DNA of 62,195 nucleotides, filler included, from Platydemus manokwari (GCA_037951405.1; 6 parts of 6 records of this genome joined end to end with filler, not necessarily neighbours in it); one strand, 5' to 3'; positions 1-14,144 are shown, counted from the first letter of the whole stretch. Numbers and translations are program-made. Notes: generated by a model not told the origin, from the sequence alone.

Positions 1-924
1 ACTTTGAATAAATGTTTTTTACTTTTCCATTCAAAATTAGTGTTTCATTTTAACAAAAAAACGCTCATTTCATACCGCTACACCTGGTACACAATAAATT
101 GATTGTTGAATTATTATTATTAGACATTTATGTGAATTAAAACAAAAAAATAGCTAATCAAGTTCTAGAAAAGCATGAAAGAAATTATTTTTTTGGGAGG
201 TAGAGATTTAACATAATCAGAAATTATCATTGGTGCACCTCTAATAAGATTATAAGCCACGATAGATCGATAATTTTCAATCATGAAATTTGGTAAAACG
301 AATTTGTGAAATAAAAATTCATTTTTCTTTTGTAGTTAAACAAATGCTGATATGATACATTTAAAATCTTTAATATTTGCTGGTGCTTTTTCTCTTTAAA
401 ACATACTCTGCGGTTTATTATGGAATCAAATAAAACTGCGGATGCAAGATGGTAGATTATGAAACCAAAACATGTAGCCAGAAATCGTCAATAATTTTCA
501 AAAAATGATTATTCTTAAAAATATTATTGAATTTTTACGTTTTCTAAGAAATTAAACCTTTTTGTAAAAGTAGAAATAGCCCCAATTTGTTTGTTAAACA
601 ATTAAAGTTCTTTGACATGAAAGAATGTGGATAAAGACGTCATTAAAAGAATCATGAAAATTTCTTGAATCAATTGATCAATGACAAACATCAAAAATAG
701 AATAGAAATCTCGGAAATTTTATTAAGAATTGTATTTTCTTTTCATATTTCCGGACTTTAAAATCAATTTCTCCAAATAAATGTGACACTCGAATTAAGA
801 AATTGAAAGTCGATTTTAAAAATTATTTTTGGATTTGCAATACTTTCAGAAATAATAATAAAACGATTCATGAATCTTATGAGGAATTATAATAATAACA
901 CACACTCACACACACATATACATG

Positions 925-1165
925 CATGGTTGTCCAAAAGTAGGTTTACAGTTATCGTGTAGACTATTTATTTGAAAATTCGACACTAGAACAGTGGCAA
1001 ATTCGTTTTACCTGCCAACATAAACAATTTAATCTCTCAGATGATCAAAATATACTCCTTCAACATTGCAACATTCATCAGATTCCTAAGTATTAATAAG
1101 CAAGTAACTTCAACCATATAAAAGGTAGCTTAATAACTATAAACCTACTTTTGGTCCTCATTATA
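925..1165. mobile_element. Tc1/mariner-type non-autonomous element (MITE), degenerate
   Basis: 22-bp inverted repeat: ccaaaagtaggtttacagttat (934-955) vs ataactataaacctacttttgg (1133-1154), 1 mismatch. TA dinucleotides lie near both ends; the outermost bases are decayed. Confidence 0.6.
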
Positions 1166-1169
1166 TTGG

Positions 1170-1390
1170 AGGTCAATCTTACAAGCGAGCTTCAAAATAT
1201 CACACGTCACCTCCAGAGTGTCATTGACGCGTATGGACACTATGTTCAGGTTCTGTTATGGTTTGCGAACACTTTTGGTATAATTGCACATGCAATTTTC
1301 ATAAATAAATGTTTTAAATTGTATTTTTTTTAGATTTTGAGAAGATTTCATTGACATAGAAAAACGAAATTTTTTTGGCGGCCCCTATAT
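1170..1390 (+). mobile_element. 3' relic of a Tc1/mariner transposon
   Basis: Peptide RHLQSVIDAYGHYVQ resembles the mariner transposase C-terminus (RLxxCIdaxGxhfE). It is followed by a TIR-like end (tttttttggcggcccctata, about 1370-1389). Confidence 0.4.
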
Positions 1391-1843
1391 TTATATACGA
1401 AAATAAAATTTTATAAAATAATATCAAAAAGCATATCCAGGTTAGAAAGTAGTAGTAGCAACAATTTTATCAAATCTTAAATAAAGTTTGAAAGAAAAAT
1501 ATTTTAAATAAACATAAATATAATTTATTATTTTTACTTGTGATGCTATAATATATTTAAATTTCTTAATAAATAACATTTCGAAAAAAATCTGCAATTG
1601 ACGTGTATATTCACATGAAAAGATGCAAGTATTGAAAATCGAGATCGAATTTATGAAGTGATCGGTTTAAATAGATCATTAATTTTGTCTGTAAATTTAA
1701 TTTCGTTTGAAATAGAACAAAAATATGAAATAATTTGGCATCTATTGTTTTCTTACAGCTCTAAAAAATCTGAAAATAGAAAATAAATACAGATTTTGTA
1801 GCTCGATTAGAAATATTGACTCAGCCCAAATAATTATCTAGAG

Positions 1844-1979
1844 CAGTGGTTTTCAACTTTTTGAAGAGGATCTTCACGGACACATTCTCTGGTTCGAGGA
1901 ACCCCTGTGCAATAATATAGCGAATTTAATTATGTTAAACTTTGTATATTGAAACAATAACTAATAATAAAGCAATACA

Positions 1980-2013
<34 letters not shown>

Positions 2014-2139
2014 TAGATTTTCGAAATTGAATTTAACATGTTGTTTATTTGTCCTTTGTTCTAATTTAGAAATTACAGAACCCCTGGAGTGTACTGGGGG
2101 AACCGTAAGGTTCTGAGGAACACTGATTGAATACCACTG
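1844..2139. mobile_element. hAT (Charlie/Buster-like) MITE
   Basis: TIRs cagtggttttcaa ... ttgaataccactg. The 8-bp flanks atctagag / gaatagag share a central TA and 5 of 8 bases. Subterminal gaacccct motifs and an internal (TAA)n run are present. Confidence 0.7.
1978..2011. repeat. (TAA)n microsatellite inside the hAT MITE
   Basis: About 10 tandem TAA units; explains the poly-Tyr run in ORF 1930..2181. Confidence 0.9.
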
Positions 2140-2898
2140 GAATAGAGAGTCAAATATTTCCTCATCTTTAAACTCTTTCATTGAAATAGATTCGATAATT
2201 TCTTATGAAACAATTATTTCATCATTCTTCTTTCCTCTCCAACCTGCAGAATTATTGACGAAACTCTTATTGCAAACAGCTTTCCATCATGTTTGACTTT
2301 ATACACTTACTTTCTTAATCCTTCATTCCCACATATATTCAAAATGGTGTCATCATATGTTTACTATGCTCAAAACATATTTACAATAAATATGTGCAAC
2401 TCAACAATCCAGTTTGCTCAGCTCACTTCATATTTTTACTCTTTTATGGCCAAGATGAAAATCTCAGCAACTCCATTCTGATCCATTAGGCATTTTAAGC
2501 AGATAAGATATTGTACGAATATTATGGATTTTGCAAATCACATATGAGCGCACTGACACTCCTTCCCAACATGTTCTTGTTATTATTGATTTTGAAATAC
2601 GAAACATATTACATCGTAATCACTTATATAAATCGGCACAGCCAATGGCAGCTTTATCTATTTACAATTCAATAATGCTTGTAATCGCATTTGAATGGAA
2701 ATGAAATATCAACTAGTAACACCAACAATCCTTTAAATTTAATGCATTTGTTTAGTAACGAATAAGGAGACCCGATAAATTAATGAACAAATTTGAATGA
2801 CAAAAGCCTCATTTATATTTATAAAGTGACACGATTTTATCATCATAAAATAAACCAATCAAAAATCATCTCAAAATTAAATAATAATAATGATTTTA

Positions 2899-5431
2899 TT
2901 AAAACAAAGTATCCATGGCATCATTAGTGATATTATCGGCTTGTTCCAATTGGTCAGCAGTTGGCAACTGATCGTACATGTTTTCAATGGTAAATTTCGG
3001 GAACACTCGTTTATAGAGCGCCATCATAGCAACCTCATCCTGTGTGACTGGCTTATCGAAATGACATCGCATATATCCTCGCAAACCATGGGAACCAATG
3101 ATTCGACCGACTTTGTTGGTCTTGGTGAATATCGGCACAACCTTATGATGAGAAAAACGAAATAATCAATATCCAACCAATCACATTCATTCTCACCTTG
3201 AACTGCTCGATATCTTCGCTATCGAAGAACATATATCGCACCATGACGGACCGTTTGTGCACTTTGTAGATCTGCCCTGTCAACAGGATACGCTTGATGA
3301 TTGGTTTGGAGGGATCAATGGACAACAAGGAACCACTGGCAACCAATTCTGCAACGTATGGTCGTCCGACTTCTCCCATACCCAAATCTTCTTGTCTCAA
3401 GCGGAACTGCAACACCGGGACGGGTCCATACGTGACGGGACCGTAAATAGTTGCCACAACATCTTTCTTCAGTTCCATGAACTGACAATATTTCCCTTTG
3501 CCTTTGTTACCCGGCTGATCGCTGTTGGCGGTGAATTCCGAATAGATCGGTGTTGACGAGAATCGTCTGAAACCGATCTGGAACAACATGGTTTCTTTGC
3601 TTTCAATCGGTTCAGCGATCGGTTTCAATTGATATTTCTCGTCGTTGAGATTGTCCAAATGACTGTTGGCTTCTTCTCCCAATCCGATAGCCGATTCGTT
3701 GTCGTTGGCAGCCAATTTGGCGATTTCATTCACCACGCTATCATCGGCCGAACCTATGCGGCGCTCATTCAAATGCAACACACTGACACAGTTTTCAGTG
3801 GGGAACAAGTTTGAGACGACCAAATGTCGATTGGGATTGAGAGAAATGATTGTTTGAATGCGTTCGAACATCGTTGTCGTCACTTGCGACAGAACCATCT
3901 CCAATTTGCTACCGGCTAGTACATAATTGTCCTCTTTTTCGCGATCTATGGCGTTGATATTGCGACACAATCGATTTCTTTCGTGTTGATATTTCTTGAA
4001 CGAGTGAATCTTCTCATAACACTCTGGCAAATTCTCGTTCAATGGCCATTCGGCGGCCTTGAAACCTTTCAGAGCACGATATTTGCGAAATTTTTCCCGT
4101 GCTTTTTCCGTATATGAAAGCTCGACTTCGTCGGGAAACATGGCATTTTCTCTGGATTGTTTGAATTTTTGGATTTGAGCGACAGAAAAACCACTGTGAG
4201 CTGTTGTAGCGAAAGACATTTTATCTTCGTTTGGATCGTTATCACTGTCGATGCTTCCGATATCTGACACTTGTTCCTCTTCTTCGACATCATATTCATC
4301 GTCCTCTTCATCGTCTTCATCATCACTATCAACAATATCGGACATTTCCTCCGACTCATCGTTGGTCAAATCATTGCCATCACCCATTTCCACTTCGACA
4401 TTTGATTCTGGAATTTTGTCTACCAGATATTGTTTCAAATTTGGAACACCATTTCCAGAATGGTGCCTGTTAGATTCTTCCGGTGACAACCACTGAACCT
4501 CTTTGATTGGTAAATCGCCCACTTCGGTAATGTGAACAAACTCAGTCTTGTTTAAGTCGACTCCGTAACCTCTCATACATCCAGTCACTTTCAATTCATT
4601 TGCTTCTTGGGAATAAAACATATTTTGAATCATAAAATATCCTCGCTTCTTGTTAATAGACTTTGAACAAATCACAGATTTCTTCGACGAAACGTAACTA
4701 GGTTTGCAATTCTGTGCAAGATGACGCATTAATTTATTGGCATCGTTTAAATTATTTAAACACTGTATCCGTTCATCACCCAAGGAGATTTTCGTTATCG
4801 ATTCAAAATATTTTGATTCGTCTTTCAATTTGAAATCTTTGGAATTAGAAAGAGTAATGAAACAGCTCGATGGAATACCTTGAGCAATTAAAGATGAAAT
4901 CAGATCTTCATTATAATCACCGATTAATTCATCTAAATCGTTTGGAAGAATAAATAAGCACCAATCAACTACTTTAGCCAAATCCAAATAATCAAATCGA
5001 TCACGGAAATTTCTGCAAGCAGTGAAAGCAAAGTTTTTACGAAATTTTCTCGAATACATTGTGAAATTTTCACAGTTTAATTTTGTGTAATTTTCAACAC
5101 CATCAATATTTTTAATCGTTGCACCTGGGTCAGTACTCTTTAAAAGAGAAAAAACTACATCGATGTCTTTAAACTCGAATAACGGGAAAACACCGCATAA
5201 TAATGGTGCTGAGTCATTATTACCTCGTCTAGAATAGTCACTATCGAAATTTAATTTAATAGCATGTTTTCTTCTTTGATCAGCTTTAAGTACTCGTAAT
5301 TCTTTAGATATATTTGCTACTTTTTTCTTATTTATTTTAATAATTTTAGTTTGCTTTACACTGTTTTTTGCTTTGGAGCTATCTTTATGAGGCTTATTAA
5401 CCTGGGTAAGTTTTCTAGCATTGTGGCCCAT
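2899..5431 (-). CDS. TSR1: Pre-rRNA-processing protein TSR1 (BMS1/TSR1 family, 40S assembly factor); 2 exons, 5431-3197 and 3141-2899
   Basis: Family motifs LDLAKVVD, LKVTGCMRG, FVHITEVGD, FPDEVE...AREKFRKYRALK, FQIGFRRF, IKRILLTG and VRYMFF. After a 55-nt GT-AG intron (3196-3142) it continues HGLRGYMRCHFD...LYKRVFPK. Confidence 0.95.
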
Positions 5432-7029
5432 ATTCTTTACCTGTTTCTGAAATTTTTTTCAAAAATAAAGATTTTAATATAATAATTTCACTCACGAGAC
5501 TAAATAATATATGATTATTATTTAAACAAATTATTAAAATGTTTACTGAATATAGTTTTGAAAATATGTAGATTATTCAAAATTAATTATAGAAAATTTG
5601 ATTTTAATTAAATTCAAATAATGTAAATTTTCACTAAAATTAATTTAAAAAATAAATTTAGACATCATCAAAAAATTCTTCTTGAAATCATTAAAAAATG
5701 AATTTTAATAATTATATCTAAAGTTTACGATAAACCTTTATTTATCACTGTAGCCTTATAAAAAAATGTTAAACGAATCACTACATGTGTTGTTTCGACT
5801 GAAGGTTTCACAAAAAAATTGATTGATTAACTGATTCAAGTTTGAGAATAACTGAACTAAATGAATTTTTCTTTATCACTGTAAGAAATAGATAAAATAT
5901 TTTAATAATCGAATTAAACAATCAAATTTATTACCACCAACTAATATTAACAGAAAAGTATGATATCTAAGATTTTTAGAGTCATTTTATAAAAAGTGAC
6001 TTCGAAATTATTGAGAAGTGCCAGGAACAAGATACTTGTGTTTTCTCTCAAAATAAGTATAATTAATATATCTATTTAATAGATTGGATACATAGATCCT
6101 AAACCTGTCGATGTTGTAACGAAATGAAGATTTGATCCAAATTAAATAAATCGTACAGGTTAAGTTGCTACATATATATAATTTTCAAAATTCAAATAGG
6201 GACTTGGTTCAATAATTCAGCCTTCTCTCTTTTCGACATTCTGAATAAAGTACTTTTGGTGCACGGGGCTCACACAAAAAATTATATTTACAAAATTATA
6301 TCCATTAGTAAACTAATAAGCAACAAATATTGACAATTTTTATTAAAATAAAACCAACAATTCAAAAATTATTAATTGAGATACAACAAAATTTATAGAT
6401 TCCTCGCAATTGAAGAAATATCTTGCCACAGAAATATATTTCCAGAGTAGTAGTCATAGAAATTGTCGATGAATGTTTTGAAAGTACCAAAAATAGTAGC
6501 GGGCATCGAATACATGGTTTTTGATTGTTAGATTTGGATTTTGGTTATAAATCTAAAATTGAATTTTATGTAAAAATTTCATTAAAATATTATTACAAAT
6601 AAATTATAATATCAATAAACTCACGAAAAATCATTGCTATAAAATTGGGTCAAAGGACCCTTTTTCTTAACTTAAGCCGAATACTTTATTATTGAATAAA
6701 TATTTTTTAATAAATATTATTAATATCATTTGTGCAATATTTATATGAAGCATTAAGTCAGCATCAGAAGTATAATTGATATCGTTGAAATACGGTAATA
6801 TTTCCTTAATATTCTTTGAATTGTAGCTGCACAGATACGAAAAACAATTTCCAAATTAAATTGCACTCTTTTATTTCCAAGTTAATAACTTATTATCATT
6901 TCATTATGAATTTTTTTCATAATTAAACCTAGAAAGATCTTCTAGATTAAGTAAAATTTTAAGCATATTGTATTTTAAACATATTGTAATTTAATCTTGG
7001 ATATTGCAATACTCAAGGTTATTCTTAAT

Positions 7030-8100
7030 GTTAATAAAAAGATGTCATTAAAATGCATGTGTTGGGAGATAGACATTAGCAATTTACTTAAATATACTTT
7101 AGAGCCATCCTAGCCATACATATTCTTTTACTCTTATTCTACCAACAACCTCTAATCTGCTGTCTTTCTTACTTCATAAACTTTCACTTACATATTCGAT
7201 TTCTGCTTGTTCGAGTGTCTCTAATATCGTCTTATCCATGACATTTGCTCTTGCGCCCGTGTCTAACAAGCATTCAAATTCTTTATTCTCTATTTTAATA
7301 GTTATGCTAGGTCTTCCTTGCAAATTTTCATACGAAATCTGGGGAAGCTTTAACTCAATGATCGTTAATATTCTCACTTCTTTCTTGTCTCCTTGTTTCT
7401 CTACCACATTGTCAGTCATCTCGTTCTTTATAATTTTTACAAATTTCCATTTTACTCTCTTTACTGATTCTGTATCACAGTTGTTACCGGTTACAATTTG
7501 TTTCTCGACTTTCTAATTTTTTATGATCTAGACACTGCCTTGCTTGTTACTTTTAGCTTTTATGTGTTTATTTTACTTAAATGACTTGTATTATAAATAT
7601 TAATATGACTACTTATACTCTCGGTATCTTGCTCACACTTAGATTTACTGTTTAGTGCATTGTCCGAGCCACTCTCATGGAGTTAGCGCGTTCTCTTTTG
7701 GGTGTTTTTCGATGTATTCTGAATCGGATTCTTGGTCGACTGCCGCTACTTGTCTATTATTTCTGTTCACTATTCAAACCTTCACTGTTTTATTGATGTC
7801 CATTGCTTGTAGTTTGACCTTTGTTGTCCCCTCCTCTCTAGATTTGTGTAACATTCACTCTCGTGATGTCCTCGGTATTGACATCTGCGACACTTTATGA
7901 CATTTGTACTATTTCTCACTATGTGGCCTACTTAGTTGTAGGCGTAGCACGTCACGACTTTTTCGCTTTTACAATTTCGTGCTATATGCTCTGGTTTTTT
8001 GAAAATTATAGCATGTACTATTATCTACCTTCCTTTCTAAAGATCTGGGTTTTGGTTGCTCTCTTACAATCGTAATCCATTTCTCTTTCTTTATTTCTTA
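7030..8100 (-). mobile_element. Degenerate Ty3/gypsy LTR retrotransposon gag-protease fragment
   Basis: Minus strand shows decayed CCHC knuckles (CYN..PEHIARNC, CYAYN*VGHIVRN, CRRCQYRGHHESEC; about 7855-8015), followed by the aspartic protease motif CLLDTGARANV (ORF 7174..7419). Stops and frameshifts are present. Confidence 0.85.
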
Positions 8101-9495
8101 CTTCATTTAGCTATTTTACGGGTTTAAAATTTACAGGGATTAATTTAAAATACATATGATAAGTTATTATTTTTTAAAAAAGGGGTTCGAGGGTGATGAA
8201 ATAATGAAAAAAATAAAAATTATTGTGAAATTTCCCATTTGTTGATAAAAGATATATTTTAGAAGACGGAATACATTGATTATATTGGGGGAAATATTCA
8301 AATGGAAGGTAATTAAAAATTAACAATGCTATAAGAAAATACATTTTCAAGCATAGAATAAAGTGACTATCATAAAATACATTTCTGAGCGAAACGGTGG
8401 AGCATGTTTTATTATAGTCATTTTACCACTACTTTAGTGCGATTTATGATTTGTTCTGCCTGCTTATTTAGCTTCTATGATATATAATTTATCAATTCCT
8501 TTATATTATTTTGCAACCTTCTTAGTACATTTCATTTTATTTGTACTCAAATTATGAAAACCAATAATCGTGTTACAACTACAAAATATGAAATAACCAC
8601 GGTGAAAATCTCTATTTCGGAAACAGTAGATGAAATAGTTGCAACTATTCATAATAATATGACATCATTAAATATTGCATATTTTAAAACTATCGATTTA
8701 GTTCGTTTATTTTTAAACTTATTATAATGAATAAATATATTATAATGACTTAATAAATTTTTTAATTTATAAAATTTTCAGCTCTAATTCGATTTATATG
8801 CTTTTTCAAATCGATAATTTTCATATCCTCCAAGTAATCTAGTATAATGTTGTTTATAAAGCTTCTCGCCTTTCTTCAAGTTCTTCACCATGATAAATTC
8901 CTTGATTTTTCACTCTTATTTTATTATTTATAATTTTGGTAGAACCGCATTAGCCATGAGATAATTCTCTCTAAATAAATTTTATATATCACATTGATCA
9001 TTCTCTGCCTAGATTTAGTTAAAAATCATCAATTTGAGTAGTGTTCATTTTGTTAGTTAAAGGAGAAATATATTTCCAATGAATAAATAAATGACATGTT
9101 TATTAATGTAACAATTATTTAAACAAATAAAATACCAAACGGCAACATGGATCTAATGATTTTGAAGCTATCAGTCTCAACTCAATCAACAACAAACAAA
9201 TTTGGGTTTTATAAAACGTATATTGACACAGTAAGCACATTTGGAGACCGAATATAAATCACTATAGTAATGATGAATAAAATGTTTTGATAAAAATACA
9301 ATTTATACGACAAATTCCTATCAAGCTACCGGATAAGTACATGGGTAATAAACTGTACACTCTTGCAGCAAAACCATCTTCAAGGATGTGAGACACAATC
9401 CTATAATAGGAGATATTCACGGCTTGTATAGTAACGATCAGTTTGTTAAATGAAGATCGAACTCACATTTACTAGCATATACAATGCTTCTGGCA

Positions 9496-9595
9496 NNNNN
9501 NNNNNNNNNNNNNNNNNNNNNNNNNNNNNNNNNNNNNNNTTAATTAATTAANNNNNNNNNNNNNNNNNNNNNNNNNNNNNNNNNNNNNNNNNNNN
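9496..9595. other. Artificial contig-joining linker (44N-TTAATTAATTAA-44N)
   Basis: Identical 100-nt structure occurs five times; the palindromic 12-mer gives stops in all six frames. Confidence 0.97.
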
Positions 9596-9868
9596 TAATA
9601 TAAATGATTTTTTGATTGAGTTTTTTACCAACTATTGTCATTTAATTATTAATTAATTTTCATTTCATTTTACTAATTTTGAAATCAAAATTTAAAATTT
9701 TTTATGTACTTCATAAATAAGGAAAACAGCTTTAAAAAAATATTTCATTATGTGAAATTGCTCATATTTTTAATGTTATTCAATTTTGTTTTACTACTTT
9801 GTAAAAATTACTTATTAGTCAAAGACTTCAATATTTGATTAATATTATTGTTTTTTATTTAAACGAAT

Positions 9869-12800
9869 ATGATCAGTGTAATAGTAAAGACCCTCGATGG
9901 TAGAAATCATGATTTTTCTGTTCCAGATGATGTAGATATATTTAATAATTTATGAAATTTATTGGTTTTTTGTAGGCAACTGTCATTCAATTCAAAAATA
10001 TAATTCATGAAAAGATGGTATATTTAAATTTCCTTGAAGTTAAGCAATTGAAAATAATTTTAGGAAATACCAATTGACAGGCAAAGATTATTATTTCAAG
10101 GTCGCGTATTACAAGATGATAATCTTCTTTCATCTTATAGTAATTATTTCTATTTTTTAAATAAAATTTAAGGGTTTCATTAGATGTTGCTGGTAATGTC
10201 ATGCATTTGGTTACTAGGCCACCACCGAGTCAAAATAGACAACAAGAACCTACTGCTGAAAGGGAAGAAAATTCAGACATAAATCGAGATCAAATTAGAA
10301 ATATACTCTCCGATGTTTTTGGAAATATAGCCGAATTAAGCAACCCCTTAGGGTAATTTATTGGAGAACACAATTAAAATATAATACAGTTTTTCTGTAG
10401 AGTTTCAGTTAATAATGAAGGAAATCGTGTAGATATTACTGTTAATATGCCTAGCACTAATCGTTTAAGTCTGGCTAGATTAAGACAAAATTATATACAT
10501 AGATTAATGAATCAAGCTAGAGAGTTGATAGATCATTTAAGGGATCCTACGCGCAATGCACCACGACCTGATCGAGACAGATTATATCAAGCTAATGCTT
10601 ATGATTTAGGTCCCAATGAAGAGAGTAATTTTTGAAAATATATACATTTTTCAATAATTAATGATTAATTATCACTTTACAGGAATAACAGAGGTCACAG
10701 CTCAACCTTTGCCAATTCATAATTTAGCTGATATGATTCACAGTGTTCGAGATCTTTGGCGTGATGCCGAACCGCATTTGGAATTATGGGAAAATGTATT
10801 GCGTGGACAAAATCTACCAGATTCTCTATCTAATTCTGATCGGGAAATGCAACGCATGCATGATTCAGCGAGCCGATACATTCATTTATTTTCTCACATG
10901 CTTCACATCATGAGCGATTATCTCGTCGAATTTCAACACAACTCAAACACTCGAATTACTGTACCGAGAAATGCCAGTGAGACGACTTTACCCACAAATG
11001 AAGCTGCTACAAGCACATCGATTGATGAAAACATTGCCCCATTGACGGGAGGATTCGGTGAAAGTGGTTTACCACATTCGGATTCCAATAGTGAGACCAA
11101 TGCGTCGGCTGCAGCTACTGCAGGTTCTGATACAAGTACTGATGCAAATGATCGTGGTCGGTATTTATACGTTTTTTCCGAAATGCCTGCCCAACTTCTT
11201 CAAGTTCGATTAGATGTCGATTCAACTATGCAAATGCCTTTACATACGACAGGGTTTATCAATATCTTCTCTTATTTTCATTTGTTTTTAAATTAGAATT
11301 ATTTAGTAATTCCACTTCCACTCAACCCCGCACTCAGGCCACACGAAATACAGAAACGTATTAATTATTTATCATATTTCTTGACAATCTTATTGTTCTC
11401 ACAGACGTCCTGCACAAGCAGAACCAACGAGCACAGCTGATTCAACTAATCCTATTAATCCAACTGCAGAACCGGTCGGAGCTCGATCAAGAAGTATAAG
11501 TCGTTCATTAAATGTTAGTTTTTGGTTTATTATACGATTTAGGACGGGAAATCCCATTTTCTGGACCAACAGCAATGGAAAACTTATTCAGAACTACTCT
11601 ACAAGACTCTTTTATTGGTGCATCTGCTAGAATGAATGGTTCTGGTTCTCGAACCATGAGAACTGGGTCACAGCTAATTGAAAATGTTGATCCTTATGTT
11701 CGATGCCAATCCAGACATTTTCAGAACCCATCAAATCTACGTTCTGGTGCAGTTATACAAACTATCGGAGGATTACGAGTATTATTTAGTAAAGCTATGA
11801 TGTCATTTATTGATTATTCTTTTAGTTGAGAGAGGGTTCGAGAACTCGTCCCAGACCGGTTGAAACCCCTGTGACGGTGGCAAGTAATACTAATACCGCT
11901 ACAACTAATTCCACCGACAATCATGAAGGAGATCCGATCAGATCGTTTATTGGTGGATTGATAAATTCGATATTTTCCACTTCAGGTGACAGTAATACAG
12001 TAACGACAACTACTGAAAACGGTAATATGTCATAATGATTATGTTTAAATATTTATTGATAAGTTGTTGTTTTTGAACGTGATTTATATCTCAACCCTTC
12101 ATGTATATAAATGCATATTGAACCACATGATATACATCATATATGTTTATATCGACATATCAATTATCTAGTATTGTCCATGTGTAAAACATTCTATTCT
12201 TGTCGGTCCTGTAATCAAATATTAGCTGTTTGTTTATTTTTTATAGAAATTGTCCGTGGATTGTCCGAAATTCGACTGCGTTACAATAGAGTTGTTTCTC
12301 GTTCAATAGATATATTGAATTCACTTTACCATCATAATTTGAGTATACTTTTTAGCGCTTCGTTTTTGTTTGCTCATCTATTGATTATTTTTACGATATT
12401 TTGCTGTTTTTGTTATTATGATTTTTACTTTAGTATCTACAGCTCCTAGAAGTACTGTTTCTGAACCTAGTACCACTGTTACTCCGCAACCTACTGATCC
12501 CGCACGATTCTTGCAAGCTCTTTCAACATCAGGCAATGATGCTAGCATTGGACAATTATTTCCAGGTTTATCTAATCATCCTATTTTCATGTATATATTA
12601 TTATGATTATTTAACATTGTAGATATATTCAATAGTTATGGTTCGCAAAATAATATCACCAATCAAATCATTCATTTAGTTGTTAATCGATTGACTATTA
12701 TTGATTTTACTCAAATTTTCAATGGTGTTTATCAACCGTTAAACGTTTTGAGAGTTCCATTGCAGAATCTGTTACAAAGACATCAACAAGAATGTGAAGG

Positions 12801-14144
12801 ATCTCGCGATAGAATGCTGGAAAATGTTGTTATGGAATTGGAATTCTTTAATCGAGTATATATGTCCATTTTTGATCGTCTACGAGGAAGTGGTTCGATT
12901 GAGGGTCTCAGTGAAGATGCAAGAAGTCACTTTGATCAAACGATTGATATTCCAAGAACAATAAATAATCTTAATCGAGTATAAAATATATGGATGATTT
13001 TATATGTTGATAACATATGATTTTTGTTAGCATCATGCTCGAGTTGTTGTCGACATGATATTGCGTAGCCCGACTGATATTGGATTCGGTCAATTATTGA
13101 TGAACAGCATGTTTTCTCATCATGATGAATCATTAGCATTATTGGATATTATATGCAACAATAATGATGAATTGCGACAATATATGGTGAGGGCATTCAT
13201 CGAATCTCTGATGGCCTCAATGGGTGAGTCACAATCGATCAGTCGTGAGCACAATTATGCTGCGAGATTTGTTCTAGATGACTCCTCTCAGACTTTGTCA
13301 CCTTTGATCAATCAAAGCAGATCAGCATTTGGACTCGATTGGATATTCAATAATGTCAATTCGCGTTTGTTCCGACGACCCGAACAATTATCAGAATTGC
13401 GAGAAAGCGTTTGGTCATCGTATGTGGTTTTGATCGATGGTGCTCAAGCAGATTTTGGTCAGTCTGGTCTCACATTGCCTAATAATAACGATCAAAACAT
13501 GGACAGTACTGATTCCATTGATGATGTAAATCAATATTCTAGATTTTATATACTGATTGTTATTATTTTATTATTTTTGGAATTTTCAGATAGTGAATTC
13601 ATTGTCAGGTAATATTGTAAATGGTCGACCGATTACTGAAGTGACACGACCACTGGAAGGAGTCGTTTCTGATTTGATGGATGTTTGTAACTATCAACAA
13701 CAAGATGTCACCAATCACACACCCAATGGTGCCTCTTGGCAAAATGTTTTACCTCATGATTGGTTAGATATTGTCTCACGTGACTCAAACACACCAGTCG
13801 ATCAACAAACGATCGGAATTCCTTATTCTGATGCATACGTGTCTGGAATGCCACCGAAACGCAGGAAAATCATTTTGAACCAGAGACATAGGTCCATTCA
13901 GCCAGTTCCAGAAATGATGAATGATTGTATTGATCAGGCCATTAGGGCTGCTGGCATTAATGATTCTCAAAATATGCAACCATTCGCTCCAAGCTTGACC
14001 AATGCTTTTCAAGGTTTGGTCTCAGATCATGTTCGAAATAGATTAGTTGAAGAAAATTTCAATTTTCCATCCGATCGTTTTCCAGCTGTTGAACAGAACT
14101 TCAACCGTAAGAAACGGGCAGAAGAAGATAAGAAAAATAATTAG
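9869..14144 (+). CDS. BAG6: Large proline-rich protein BAG6 (BAT3/Scythe), multi-exon
   Basis: The N-terminal ubiquitin-like domain is rebuilt from exons 9869-9931, 9976-10017, 10064-10139 and 10184 onward (MISVIVKTLDGRNHDFSV...[39 protein letters not shown]), which the ORF track misses. C-terminal BAG6 signatures are WQNVLPHDWLDIV, YSDAYVSGMPPKRRK (NLS) and PSDRFP. AATAAA at 14172. Confidence 0.92.

Noticed and set aside
1930-2181. ORF with a poly-tyrosine run
   Set aside because: Translation of the (TAA)n microsatellite inside a MITE.
3257-4496. Plus-strand ORFs inside TSR1 (and 42265..42768 inside CHD1, 28131..28499 inside AS3MT)
   Set aside because: Antisense shadows of real coding exons, with no independent motifs.
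9140-9495. Possible LINE endonuclease relic (IIGDIHG-like peptide)
   Set aside because: Single weak motif among many stops; not enough to call.
9540-9551. TTAATTAATTAA as a regularly spaced biological repeat or CRISPR-like element
   Set aside because: It is always centred in exactly 44+44 N; this is a synthetic six-frame stop linker.
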